Shown piece after piece: positions 33,470-44,293 of a stretch of 64,000 nt of DNA (within the stretch, counting starts at the first letter, position 1; every line of letters starts with the position of its first letter). The translations under genes and the position numbers were made by a program. Where the stretch lies: the sequence record MK250019.1, one strand, 5' to 3'. Below the pieces are notes generated by a model. That model did not search any database. It was not told the origin of the DNA and saw only the letters and a list, made by a program, of their open reading frames with translations.

Positions 33470-34282
33470 ATGAAATTTAAAAATTTAGAAGATAGGATGT
33501 TATACCTAAGAAGTTTAACAGACTATAAACTTATTCCAAATGATTATGTTTTAATTATGCTTGATGGCAGATCTTTTTCATCTACAATTAAACGGTATTT
33601 CAAAAAACCATTTGATGATACATTTATTAATATTATGAATGAAACTGCATTATATTTGTGTAATAATGTACAAGGTTGTAAATTTGCATATGTACAATCT
33701 GATGAAATTTCATTAATATTAACAGATTTTGAAACACCAGAAACAGACTCATTTTTTGGATATAGATTAGAAAAAATTTTATCATTATGTGCATCTATTG
33801 CAACATCTAAATTTAATCAATTAATGACAATTGAAGCGATTAATCGTTGTAATAAAGACACATATAATAAAGATGAAATTTTCAATTTAATTATGGATAT
33901 GAAATTGCATCAGTTTGATTGTAAAGCATGGAATGTTTCATCATATAATGATATATTTGCATGGCTACAATATCGTCAAAATGATTGTGAACGAAATAGT
34001 AAACAACAAACAGCAAGAGCATATCTATCTCATAAAGAATGTACAGGTAAACAAGCAGATGAACAAATTTCAGTACTAAAAGATAAGTATAATATTGATT
34101 GGAATGATTTTGATGATGGGGAAAAATATGGACGCTTCATTTATAAAGAGGAAGTTCATATGAAATCAGAGCAGTTTGGAGAGTTTATCAGAGATAAATT
34201 TGTAGTTCACAATGCATGGTTACTGCGTGATGAAAATGGTAAGAAAAACTTCGAAAAACTATCAAAAATTCCACAAAAATGA
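33470..34282 (+). CDS. thg1: tRNA(His) guanylyltransferase Thg1-like 3'-5' polymerase
   Basis: LDGRSFS, KPFD, YVQSDEISL, FDCK, RQNDCERNS. Confidence 0.9.
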   Translation: MKFKNLEDRMLYLRSLTDYKLIPNDYVLIMLDGRSFSSTIKRYFKKPFDDTFINIMNETALYLCNNVQGCKFAYVQSDEISLILTDFETPETDSFFGYRLEKILSLCASIATSKFNQLMTIEAINRCNKDTYNKDEIFNLIMDMKLHQFDCKAWNVSSYNDIFAWLQYRQNDCERNSKQQTARAYLSHKECTGKQADEQISVLKDKYNIDWNDFDDGEKYGRFIYKEEVHMKSEQFGEFIRDKFVVHNAWLLRDENGKKNFEKLSKIPQK

Positions 34283-34405
34283 TTTAAAAATTGAGAAATT
34301 TTTAACTTTTGATAAAAGATATATAAAATTTCTCAATTTTTTAATTGTTAATAAACTTTAATACTTTTATCTACTATAAATTAAAACAAATATAAGAATT
34401 CGTCT

Positions 34406-35902
34406 ATGAATAATACGTATCTTGAAAACGTTATATTCNNNNNNNNNNNNNNNNNNNNNNNNCTTGTTTAGTCATTTAAAGGAAGTTATTTTACTAATCC
34501 TTATTTAAAAACTTTATTTGATATTATTAAACCACATATATTGGAATATAGAGCTGAACCAACTGAACAGCAATCTATAGATTTAGTAAAACTTGCAAAT
34601 AAAGAAGATAAGGTAACAGAAGATCAAATACATGCTTTATGGCAAACAAGAGATATGGTTAGCCAATATACAGATGAATGGTTAAATCAGAATACATAGG
34701 CATTTGGTGAATGGCAAAACCTTATGAGTGGTCTTAGACGTGTTATTGAATATGTAAAAACTATTCAAGCTGATGTTACATTTGAAAATTGTGCAGAGAT
34801 TGTTCAGCATGCGAAATCAATGTTTCAATCAGATACTAATTTTACATTGAACAATTCAAAAGGACATGATTTCTTTGATCCTGTTAATCATAAGCAAACT
34901 GAACTTGAAACTAGAAAGACTGGTTATAATTTTGTTGATCAGTGTTTGAAAGGTGGTTGGGCGAATAAAACATTAAATGTATTTATGGGTTCACCAAAAG
35001 TAGGTAAGTCTATGTGGCTTTGTAATTTATGTGCTAATTCTGTAAGAAATGGAGAGAATTCTGCATATATTACATTGGAGATGGCGTATCAGCTTGTTGC
35101 ACAACGTATCGGTTCAAATCTTTTTAATATTCCTATCGAAGAATATGAAAAAAGTGCTGCAGATGCAAATTTTATGCAACAGAAGATGAAAGAATTTTAT
35201 ATGAATTCACTTATCACACCAGGTAAGTTTATCATAGAAGAATTCCCAACATCATCTGCAACTGTATATGATATAGAATCTTTCTTACTTAAATTAGAGG
35301 AAGAACTTTCTACTGAAGCAAAACCTTTTAAATTTAAGAACATTTTCATTGATTATGTTAATATCATGAAAGATGCGAAGAATCCTAATTCAGAAAGTAC
35401 ATATTTGAAAATTAAGTCTATTTGTGAAGATGTTCGTGCGATGGCACAAAGAAATAACTGGTGTGTTATTTCTTTAACTCAGACAAATAGAACTGCATAT
35501 GATTCAACTGATATTGGTATGAGTAATGTTTCTGAATCTGGTGGTTTGATTGCAACAGTTGATAGTTTATTCGGTATTATTCAATCTTCAATGATGCGTG
35601 TTGATAATACATATTATTTAAAAGCTGTTGCTATTCGAAATTCTGGACATATGGGAGATAAAAAGAAATTTGATTTTAATCCAACATATTTAAGAATTGA
35701 AGAAAATCTTGATGAAAATATTATTCCTGAAAATGTATCACTTGATGGTTTAGTAAAAGATAAACATAAGAATGATAATACAGGAAATAATAATTATCAG
35801 CAATATCCTACAAATGTTGGAGTTCGTCCAAATGTAATAGAATCACCTCAATTAGGATTAACAGAAACACAAATACAGGCACAAGATTTATTTAGCATGT
35901 AA
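34406..35902 (+). CDS. replicative helicase (T4 gp41/DnaB-like), code 15, spans a 24-N gap
   Basis: ATG 34406 in frame via 2 TAG; Walker A GSPKVGKS, ITLEM, IDYVNIM, TQTNR, SESGG. Confidence 0.9.
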
Positions 35903-35968
35903 TAAACATTTTTTAATTTTTATTATATAATTAATATACTAAAAATATCAAACATTATAAAAAGCAAT

Positions 35969-36460
35969 ATGGCAAGAATTAATACTACAAAGATGCTTAG
36001 TAATGATGGGTATTTTTCAAGTAATGACTATAATCCTGATCTTTCTAATCAAACAATGACTGTATCACCTCTTGTGGCAGATTAGTATGACTACGCTATG
36101 ACTGATGATATAGTCTTGTTACATGAAAGAAAAGATACAGAAGAAATATTATATAACATATGGATTAATTCACCATATGCTAAACAATATGAGGTAAATT
36201 CTTCTACTTTTGTCATACCAAAGATACCTAAAGAAGAAACAAGTAAAATCTTTTATTACATGAAAAATAAGCTTGCAGAAGTAAAAACGTTATCTGCATA
36301 TGAAATGGTAATCGCTATAAATGAATTCTTTAATTTTAATTATGATTATGTGGTAAAGAAAGTATTATCACCTAAACTTAAAGCAGAGATATTAGCAGAT
36401 TATTATAACAATGGAATGAAGGAACGAATGGATACTAATGCATCTGTGAAATTATTTTAA
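35969..36460 (+). CDS. hypothetical protein (163 aa, code 15)
   Basis: ATG 35969 in frame via one TAG; promoter motif at 35903. Confidence 0.7.
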
Positions 36461-36479
36461 TATATTATAGCACTATTAT

Positions 36480-36734
36480 ATGAATACAGAGTTATTAGAA
36501 AAACTTAATAAATTACATGAACAAATTCAAACGACAAAAGGCCAAATTGAATCATGTAAAACATTAAAGCATTATCGTAATATAAGATGGATTATGAGAG
36601 GATATGATCATGATTATATCAATATGGTATTAAGTGATGAAGAAATGCGATTAATGGAAGATTTTCTTGATAAATTGATATACAAGAAAGAAAAAGAATT
36701 AAATGTTCTTAAAGAACAATTTGCTAAATATTAA
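36480..36734 (+). CDS. hypothetical protein
   Basis: 84 aa ORF. Confidence 0.6.
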   Translation: MNTELLEKLNKLHEQIQTTKGQIESCKTLKHYRNIRWIMRGYDHDYINMVLSDEEMRLMEDFLDKLIYKKEKELNVLKEQFAKY

Positions 36735-36847
36735 TAATTTTTGTTTATTTTTTATAAAATAAACTGGTGAAAACGTGATATTAAAGTGGAGATTCGAACT
36801 AAGATGACATCAGAAAAATTAATAGTTTAATTTAACAGAAGTTTATT

Positions 36848-38386
36848 ATGAGATTTATTAAGTCAAAGGAAAGCGAATTACATCCTAATTATGTATCAAG
36901 AGTAATTCGCATTAAGGAAGAGGATTTTTCTCCACACCCTCATCCAGATGTAACAAAGTTAAAGTGTTGCAGAATTGGTGGAGATACTATATATAATGTT
37001 ATTGTAAGTATAGATTCAAAACCTGGAAAGTATGTATTTTTCCCTGCAAGTACAAAGATCAATCCTGAATTTTTACGATATGCTAACTTATATCGCGATC
37101 CTGAAATGAATAGTAATCCAAATAAGACAGGATTTTTTGAAGAGAATGGCAGGGTAAAGTCACTTAAATTAAAAGCATCCTATGAAAAAACAGATCCATT
37201 AACGGGAGTAAAGGAAAATATATTTTTACCTAATGGTGTTTCAGATGGATTCTTGATTGAATTACAAGTTGTTCTAAATTTTATATTAGATACGTTTAAT
37301 ATAGAAGTAAATGAAAATGATATACCTGATGATACATGGTTTGATACTATTGAACATGAAGGAAAGGTTTGCTGGTTATCTAAGAAGTTTATTCCTAAAG
37401 TATTTACTGCAAAGAATAAAACAGGTGGTGATCAATCAAGATATAAGAGACGTCAGAAGAAATTAAAGAGGTTTAATAGAGTTATACCTGAACAGTTTAG
37501 ATTTCATTATGATTCAACATTGGTAAAGAAGGTACCATTTGTTGTACAACCTACTGATTATATTCATATTTCGGGTAAAATGCATGGTTCAAGTTCGATT
37601 TTTTCTTATGTTTTATGTAAGAAAAAGTTAAATTGGAAGTAGAAAATTGCAAAGTATTTAACTGGTTATGAATTTAATAAGTATGATTATTTATATGCAT
37701 CTAGAACTGTTATTAAGAATCAATATATCATGAAAGAAGCAGGTAAAACCGGTAATGTTTATCATGTTGGTTTTTATGGATGTGATATATGGGGTGAAGC
37801 ATTTAAAATTGTTAAGCCGCATCTTATTAAGGGAATGTCTGTTTATGCAGAAATTGTAGGATATACATCAACTAATAAGTATATACAAAAAGATTATGAC
37901 TATGGATGTGTTCCATTGAAGGATGGTGAAGATTATACATATGGAAAGCATTTTAAGATTTATGTATATCGTGTAACATTAACAAATGTTGATGGTGAAG
38001 TACATGAATTTTCACCAAGGGAAGTTCAAATATGGTGTAAGAATAATGATCTTATTGCAGTTCCTGAATATTATTATGGTAAAGCAAAAGATTTGTATCC
38101 AGATCTTGATATAACAAATCATTGGCATGAAAATTTCTGGAATCGTATGGCATCTGATAAAAATTTCTATATGGAAATGGATTCACCTGATTGTATAAAT
38201 AAGGTTCCACATGAAGGTGTTGTTATTAAGATAGATGATATGATTCCACGAGCATTCAAACTTAAGTGTTACCGCTTTTGCAATAAGGAAGAGAAAGAGT
38301 TAGATGCTGGTATAACAAATATTGAAGATGCACAATCTGAAAATATTGATAATGATGATTCAAATAGTTATATTGATGAACAATAA
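36848..38386 (+). CDS. ATP-dependent RNA ligase (Rnl2/DRB0094-like) with N-terminal extra domain (512 aa, code 15)
   Basis: motif I GKMHGS before the TAG at 37640; YAEIVG, EGVVIK, FKLK after it in the same frame. Confidence 0.85.
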
Positions 38387-38494
38387 TTAATAAATGATGA
38401 TATTATATTAGAAAAATATGGTATCATCATTTTTTTGTTTTAAAAAATATGTGTATCTTTGTAATGTAATAATTCAATTATAAAAATAAGAAAT

Positions 38495-38755
38495 ATGAAT
38501 ACAACATTAATAGAAATGATTAAAAACGAATATAAGAATCGTTTTAATAAAGAATTGACAGATAATGATACATTAAATACATTAGCTGCAGAAGCATCAT
38601 ATATTCAGCAGGAAACATCTGATCTTATTGTTGATAAGGATGAGTTCACAAAGTTTTCTGTAATGTATGCATTTGATCGTGTATTTAATACAAATACGTG
38701 TATGGATTTTCTTCCATTTGATAATACTATTCTTGATGATGAACTTCCTTTTTAA
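38495..38755 (+). CDS. hypothetical protein
   Basis: 86 aa; after TGTATCTTTG motif. Confidence 0.65.
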   Translation: MNTTLIEMIKNEYKNRFNKELTDNDTLNTLAAEASYIQQETSDLIVDKDEFTKFSVMYAFDRVFNTNTCMDFLPFDNTILDDELPF

Positions 38756-38783
38756 TTGATTGTTTAATAATTAATATATAAAA

Positions 38784-39086
38784 ATGAGTAATATTAAATT
38801 TTTTCCTATGGACCATCCAGATTTTTGGAGTCGTCCACAATATTTGAAGACTGGTTATACATTTCGTAATGGTGGTGGTGAAGGTGATATTGTATTTACA
38901 TTATTGGAAGATTTCGATGAAGAGAAATGTAATGATATAAAAGTATTGTGCCATAATATTCGTACTGGGTTTACACATACAGAAACATGGGATGATACAC
39001 AGTATTTAGAAGCATCATTTCGTAATGGTGAATATTTTCATTATAATAAAAAGTGCGATTGGTTAACAGAATATTATAAAAATTAA
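38784..39086 (+). CDS. hypothetical protein
   Basis: 100 aa ORF. Confidence 0.65.
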   Translation: MSNIKFFPMDHPDFWSRPQYLKTGYTFRNGGGEGDIVFTLLEDFDEEKCNDIKVLCHNIRTGFTHTETWDDTQYLEASFRNGEYFHYNKKCDWLTEYYKN

Positions 39087-39093
39087 AAATAGA

Positions 39094-40137
39094 ATGGAAA
39101 CAATTATAATTTATATGCTGATAGCTATTATTATATCAGCTATTTGTTCTTTGTGTGAAGCTTGTTTGTCTTCAACACCAATGTCGTTTGTATCAACACT
39201 TAAGGGGAAATCAGGCGCTGATATTTTGCGAAATTTTAAAGAGAATATGGATAAACCTTTATCTGCTATTCTTATTATTAATACAATCGCAAATACAGTA
39301 GGTGCATCTATTGTTGGTTCTGCTGCTGCTTCTTATGCTGTTGAGCAAGGTATAGATGGTGCAACATTTATTGGTATTATATCTGCAATATTTACTGTTC
39401 TAATTCTTATGTTTGCAGAAATATTACCAAAAACTATTGGAGCAAATTATTGGAAATCTCTTACATTGTATGTAACTCGTGTAATTAATGTAATGATTTA
39501 TATTACATATCCATTAGTAAAATGCTTGAATTTTATTACACGTCTTATGAGTAATGAAAATGCTGTTTCAATTTCACGAGAAGAAATTATAGCGATGACT
39601 GATGAAGGCGCAAAAGAAGGTGTTATTGATAAGAAGGAAAATATGATTATTCAACGTATATTGAAACTTAATCAATATAAAGCAGAAGATATTATGACAC
39701 CTGCAAGTGTTGTATATTCAGTTGCAGATTATGCAAATCTTTCTAAGAATAGTAGTTTGTATGAGAGTCTTACTGATGGTAGTACATTTTCTCGTATTCC
39801 TGTAATGAATAAAAACAATTATTGTGTTGGGTATATTCTTAAAGATGAGTTGGATTTGAATGATACAGATAATGTAAAGATTTCTAATATTACACATTCA
39901 ATTCATAATTATATTGATTCTACAGATGTCGCAGATATATTTAATGATATGGTAAAAAATCATGAACATATTTCTGCAATTACAGATGAGTATGGAACAT
40001 TTAGAGGTATTGTAACATTAGAAGATGTTATTGAAACAATTTTGAATATTGAAATTGTTGATGAAACAGATGATGTTCAGGATATGCAGGAATATGCAAA
40101 GGAGCAGTATCATGAAGTAATGAAGGATAACATTTAA
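39094..40137 (+). CDS. CNNM/HlyC-CorC family membrane protein (DUF21 plus CBS pair)
   Basis: SLCEACL, ILIINTIAN, FAEILPKTIG, IMTP, FSRIPV, DEYG..GIVTLEDVIE. Confidence 0.92.
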   Translation: METIIIYMLIAIIISAICSLCEACLSSTPMSFVSTLKGKSGADILRNFKENMDKPLSAILIINTIANTVGASIVGSAAASYAVEQGIDGATFIGIISAIFTVLILMFAEILPKTIGANYWKSLTLYVTRVINVMIYITYPLVKCLNFITRLMSNENAVSISREEIIAMTDEGAKEGVIDKKENMIIQRILKLNQYKAEDIMTPASVVYSVADYANLSKNSSLYESLTDGSTFSRIPVMNKNNYCVGYILKDELDLNDTDNVKISNITHSIHNYIDSTDVADIFNDMVKNHEHISAITDEYGTFRGIVTLEDVIETILNIEIVDETDDVQDMQEYAKEQYHEVMKDNI

Positions 40138-40186
40138 TATAAACAAATAGTTACCTAATGAATATAATATAAAAATAATTTTATAT

Positions 40187-40987
40187 ATGAGTAATATTTT
40201 AATTATTCCCGATATACACGGACGTACATTTTGGAAAGAATGTATTAAGTGTTGTGAATATGATGAAATTATATTCTTAGGTGACTATTTGGATCCATAT
40301 AGTTTTGAAGGAATATCAAAGCAAGAAGCATTAGATAATTTTAAGGAGATTTTAAAGTTTAAATCTGATAATTATGATAAGGTAACTTTATTATTAGGTA
40401 ATCATGATATGGAATATATTTCATATAATTTACCACGGGATCGTTATGATAGTAAAAACGGAAAAGAAATAAGACAATTATTTTTAGATAATATTGATAT
40501 GTTTAAGCTTGTAACATATCGTTATATTAAGAATAAATTTATATCATTTAGTCATTCAGTAATTGGTCAATGTTGGATTAATGATATTAAAAATATAGAT
40601 AATAAGATTAATAGTATGAATATTATTGATTTTATTACATACCTTAATGATTTAGTTAAATCTGGTGATGAAAGAAAAATGGGAAATATTTTGAATCATA
40701 TAGGATATTCAAGAGGTGGATATGATCCATATGGTTCTGTTATCTGGGCAGATGAATCAGAAGCAGTGGAATTTTGTTGGGAAGATAAAGAAAAAGTTAA
40801 TAAACCAAAAGAAATTGATTATCAAATATTTGGGCATTCACAACAATATAAATTACCGATTATAACTAAGTATTATGCATGTTTAGATTGTAGAGTAGGT
40901 TTTTTACTTAATTCTGATGGTATAATTAAAAATATAACAAATGCAGAAGAAGAAATTAATGTTTCATTTAATTTAATTGGTAATTAA
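40187..40987 (+). CDS. calcineurin-like metallophosphoesterase
   Basis: PDIHG, GDYLD, GNHD, FGHS. Confidence 0.9.
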   Translation: MSNILIIPDIHGRTFWKECIKCCEYDEIIFLGDYLDPYSFEGISKQEALDNFKEILKFKSDNYDKVTLLLGNHDMEYISYNLPRDRYDSKNGKEIRQLFLDNIDMFKLVTYRYIKNKFISFSHSVIGQCWINDIKNIDNKINSMNIIDFITYLNDLVKSGDERKMGNILNHIGYSRGGYDPYGSVIWADESEAVEFCWEDKEKVNKPKEIDYQIFGHSQQYKLPIITKYYACLDCRVGFLLNSDGIIKNITNAEEEINVSFNLIGN

Positions 40988-40989
40988 TA

Positions 40990-41439
40990 ATGATTGATTA
41001 TAGTGTTAATTATAGACGATATTGGTGGCATAAACGTTATGCAATTGTTTTTGTTACTAAATTAAGCACTATTACTTGTACAGGTACTAAATATACCGAA
41101 GATTATGAAGAAGGTTTTCAAACTAATAGTGTTGATGTATATAAAGAATATTTAAAAACGTTATTAGATAAAAATATAAAATGTTGTGTTATTGATAGAA
41201 AATACAAAAAACTTATATTTAATAATATTAATAATGAATCAGATAATTATAATACATATTCTGATTATTGTATATTGGAAAAATATATTGGTGATAATAA
41301 AACAATTATAGATTTTATGAAGTTTAATTATAGTACTAATATATATTCAACATTATTAAGTAGAAATAAAAATGATATGTATTTTCAAGCTAACATAAAA
41401 TATAAGGAATACTTAAATAAAGTATGGAATAAACATTAA
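40990..41439 (+). CDS. hypothetical protein
   Basis: 149 aa ORF. Confidence 0.6.
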   Translation: MIDYSVNYRRYWWHKRYAIVFVTKLSTITCTGTKYTEDYEEGFQTNSVDVYKEYLKTLLDKNIKCCVIDRKYKKLIFNNINNESDNYNTYSDYCILEKYIGDNKTIIDFMKFNYSTNIYSTLLSRNKNDMYFQANIKYKEYLNKVWNKH

Positions 41440-41527
41440 AAATATACAAAAATACATATTTATTTAAACTTTTTATTGTTTTAATAATATATGAATATAT
41501 AACATATTAATTTTAAAGATATTATAA

Positions 41528-42649
41528 ATGGAAAATTCAAATGTAGCAATGTTTAATGATAAGGGTCAGGTAGAAACCCTTACTCAAAGTCAGTATAACT
41601 ATGATCAGCGAATTGCTGTTATGTCTGCTGATGAGAAAGCAAAGTATTTACAGAAGACGGAGAAGCTGGACCGTCATGATATGACTACAGTAACTTCATA
41701 TGGTAAAGAATTGAGTTCTGTTATTTCCCGGAATGGCGATAATCTTCTTAATTCTGTTCGTGGAGATAATTCGTCTGTGGTTGTACAGCTTACAAATGAA
41801 CTTCTTAGTCAGCTTAATCTTATTGATATTGATGAGATTAATACTAATACTCGATGGAAGAAATTCTGGAGAAACTTCCCTATTATTGGGAAGATGATGA
41901 CTTCTGTTGAGTCTATTATGACTAAGTATGATACTATTAAAGATAGTGTTACAAAGATTGGTGAAAAGATTGATACTGCACGTACAGTTGCATTACGTGA
42001 TAATTCAACACTTAATCAGATTTTTGACGCTAACGTTTCATATATTGAGCAAATTCGTGAACTTATTCTTGCTGCAAAGATTCGTGAACAGTCAGTTAAG
42101 GATGAACTTGAAAACATGAAGGCTCATGCTAATGATTATGAGATGTATGAGATTAATGATACCCAAAATTTCGTTAATCAAATTCAGAAGAAGATTGTTG
42201 ATATGGAAACAACTGAATATGTTTTGACACAGAACCTTCTTCAGATCCGTGCAACACAGCAGAATAATGTTGCAATCGCAGATAAGTCTGATAATATTGT
42301 AAATAATGTTTTGCCATTGTGGAAGAATCAGATTTCTATCAGTATTATTATGAATAATCAGAAGAATTCTATTGAGGCACAGCAAAAGATTACTGATACA
42401 ACTAATAAGATTTTGCGTGAGAATGCAAAGGCACTTCATATGAATTCTGTTAATGTTGCTAAGGCAAGTGAAGAGTCTGTTATTAAGCTTGATACACTTA
42501 AGGACACTACACAGGAACTTATTCAGACAATTCAGGAAGTTAAGAATATTCATGATCGTGGAGCAGAAGAGCGTAAGGAATATGAATCTCATTTGCGTGA
42601 GTTTGCACGTCAACTTGAAATTTCATTAACAGATAACGATAATAAGTAA
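41528..42649 (+). CDS. telA: toxic anion resistance protein (TelA/KlaA family)
   Basis: helical 373 aa with YGK, IRATQQNN, LPLWKNQI, NAKALHMNS patterns. Confidence 0.85.
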   Translation: MENSNVAMFNDKGQVETLTQSQYNYDQRIAVMSADEKAKYLQKTEKLDRHDMTTVTSYGKELSSVISRNGDNLLNSVRGDNSSVVVQLTNELLSQLNLIDIDEINTNTRWKKFWRNFPIIGKMMTSVESIMTKYDTIKDSVTKIGEKIDTARTVALRDNSTLNQIFDANVSYIEQIRELILAAKIREQSVKDELENMKAHANDYEMYEINDTQNFVNQIQKKIVDMETTEYVLTQNLLQIRATQQNNVAIADKSDNIVNNVLPLWKNQISISIIMNNQKNSIEAQQKITDTTNKILRENAKALHMNSVNVAKASEESVIKLDTLKDTTQELIQTIQEVKNIHDRGAEERKEYESHLREFARQLEISLTDNDNK

Positions 42650-42654
42650 ATAGT

Positions 42655-43059
42655 ATGGGATGGTTTTTAATGGAAGCAGAACCAAAGAAAACAGAACTTA
42701 CTACAAATAAGGAACAAGAGCAAGAAGCATATATTGAGCCTTCTGTTGAAGTAACAAAACAGGATGCAAAAAATAATGCTAAAGCTCTTGTAAAAAAGAA
42801 GTTTGTTGTTGGTAAGAAATATATGCTTAGACAGAAATCTGTTTGTGGTTCTAGAGAGATTATAAAGAAATATGTATGTAAGAAATTTATTTATACAGTA
42901 AAAGATGAACTTCTTAATATACTTATTCTTAAGCAGGTAGAAGGTCCAAAAGGAACAATTTTTACATTAAACCGTAATGATTGTAAGCGTTATCATATTA
43001 AATATGAACCAGGCCTTCAAGTATTTTCTATGGAATTTAATTGGATTCCATGTAAGTAA
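42655..43059 (+). CDS. hypothetical protein
   Basis: 134 aa ORF. Confidence 0.7.
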   Translation: MGWFLMEAEPKKTELTTNKEQEQEAYIEPSVEVTKQDAKNNAKALVKKKFVVGKKYMLRQKSVCGSREIIKKYVCKKFIYTVKDELLNILILKQVEGPKGTIFTLNRNDCKRYHIKYEPGLQVFSMEFNWIPCK

Positions 43060-43163
43060 AAAAATAAATTGAAATAATATAGACTTTATTTAAATTATAG
43101 AGTAATATATTAGTAATATATTTACAATTAAGTTAATCAAATAACAAATAAAGAAAATAATTT

Positions 43164-43604
43164 ATGTCAAAAAATAAATTTATTAAGCTTCATTCAAAAG
43201 AAGATAATAGTGTTATTATTGCAAGAATTTCAAAGATTAGTCTTGTAACTACAGATAATGATTATTCTGGTAAAATGACAACTGTATATTTTGATGATGA
43301 AAATATTGATTCAATTACAGTTAATGAAACACCAGAGAAGATTTATCAAAATATTGTAGAGTTGGATAATACAGATTTTTTGAAACTTCATTCAAGTAAT
43401 GATAATGCAGTTATGATTGTAAACACAGAGATTATTTCTGTTATTTCACAATCAGAAGAGGATGGAAAGAATGTAACTACAATGTATTTCAATAATGAAT
43501 CTATTGAATCAGCTTCATTTAATGAATCTCCTGAACGTATTTATAAGATGATGGAGATTACTAATAATGATGTGGTTACATCAGATAATAATGAAACTAA
43601 GTAA
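43164..43604 (+). CDS. protein of two tandem ~65-aa repeats (FlbD-like)
   Basis: FIKLHSKEDN..TTVYFDDENIDSITVNETPEKIY versus FLKLHSSNDN..TTMYFNNESIESASFNESPERIY. Confidence 0.7.
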   Translation: MSKNKFIKLHSKEDNSVIIARISKISLVTTDNDYSGKMTTVYFDDENIDSITVNETPEKIYQNIVELDNTDFLKLHSSNDNAVMIVNTEIISVISQSEEDGKNVTTMYFNNESIESASFNESPERIYKMMEITNNDVVTSDNNETK

Positions 43605-44188
43605 TTATAGTTAAAGATATACGTTTATAAAAAATAGTAGTATAACTGAATCTATAGGCTAAACCAATATGTTTTTATAAACATTCCCTTTATTAGATAA
43701 GTAGCAAATATATTAATAATGAGAATATAGCTATGAATGTATATATGTTTACAATTATAAATAGAATAATTTAGATATAATATAGTAAAAATTATAAATA
43801 AAGTAACATATATATTTCTAATAATTTTTATGAATCTAATAAAAACATGAATTAGATACTATTTATTAGTTACTTCAGTTTATTATGAAGGTATTATTGA
43901 AACTTTAATTTAATAGTACGATGATATTATACCCTCGAAAGTTAATTTGAAGATTGTGAAATAATATATTGGAATTGAAAATGATAAGAATATTATTTAT
44001 AAAGAATATTACATTGTAATATTTAATATCGATATTATAATTTGAAAATGATACGAAAATATATTATGGATCAGTTGGATGATTAATGAGTACAGAATGT
44101 CCCTGTATTGTGGGAGGTTATTTTAAAGTGGAGATTTTATTGGAATTTTAAATTTTGAATAATTATTAAAAACATACTATTAATTTTT

Positions 44189-44224
44189 AAAGGATATAAC
44201 CCTAAAGGTTATATCCTTTTTTAT
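44189..44224 (+). terminator. intrinsic terminator-like hairpin
   Basis: aggatataacc...ggttatatcct plus T-run. Confidence 0.7.
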
Positions 44225-44293
44225 TTAAAAATAAGTTAAACAATTAACATATATTTGAGTATAATAATTAAACAAAAATTGATTTTTTTAAAT

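Noticed and set aside
34406-34723. Possible frameshift or insertion at the N gap in the helicase 5' end
   Set aside because: The 24-N gap preserves the frame between ATG 34406 and the helicase core.
36755-36830. tRNA-like words (TGGTGAAA, GATTCGAAC) in an intergenic region
   Set aside because: No T-arm or acceptor stem pairing on either strand; no cloverleaf could be built.
36781-44136. Identical 14-mer ttaaagtggagatt at 36781 and 44123
   Set aside because: Chance 14-mer matches are expected in 64 kb of such biased composition; there are only two copies and no shared flanks.
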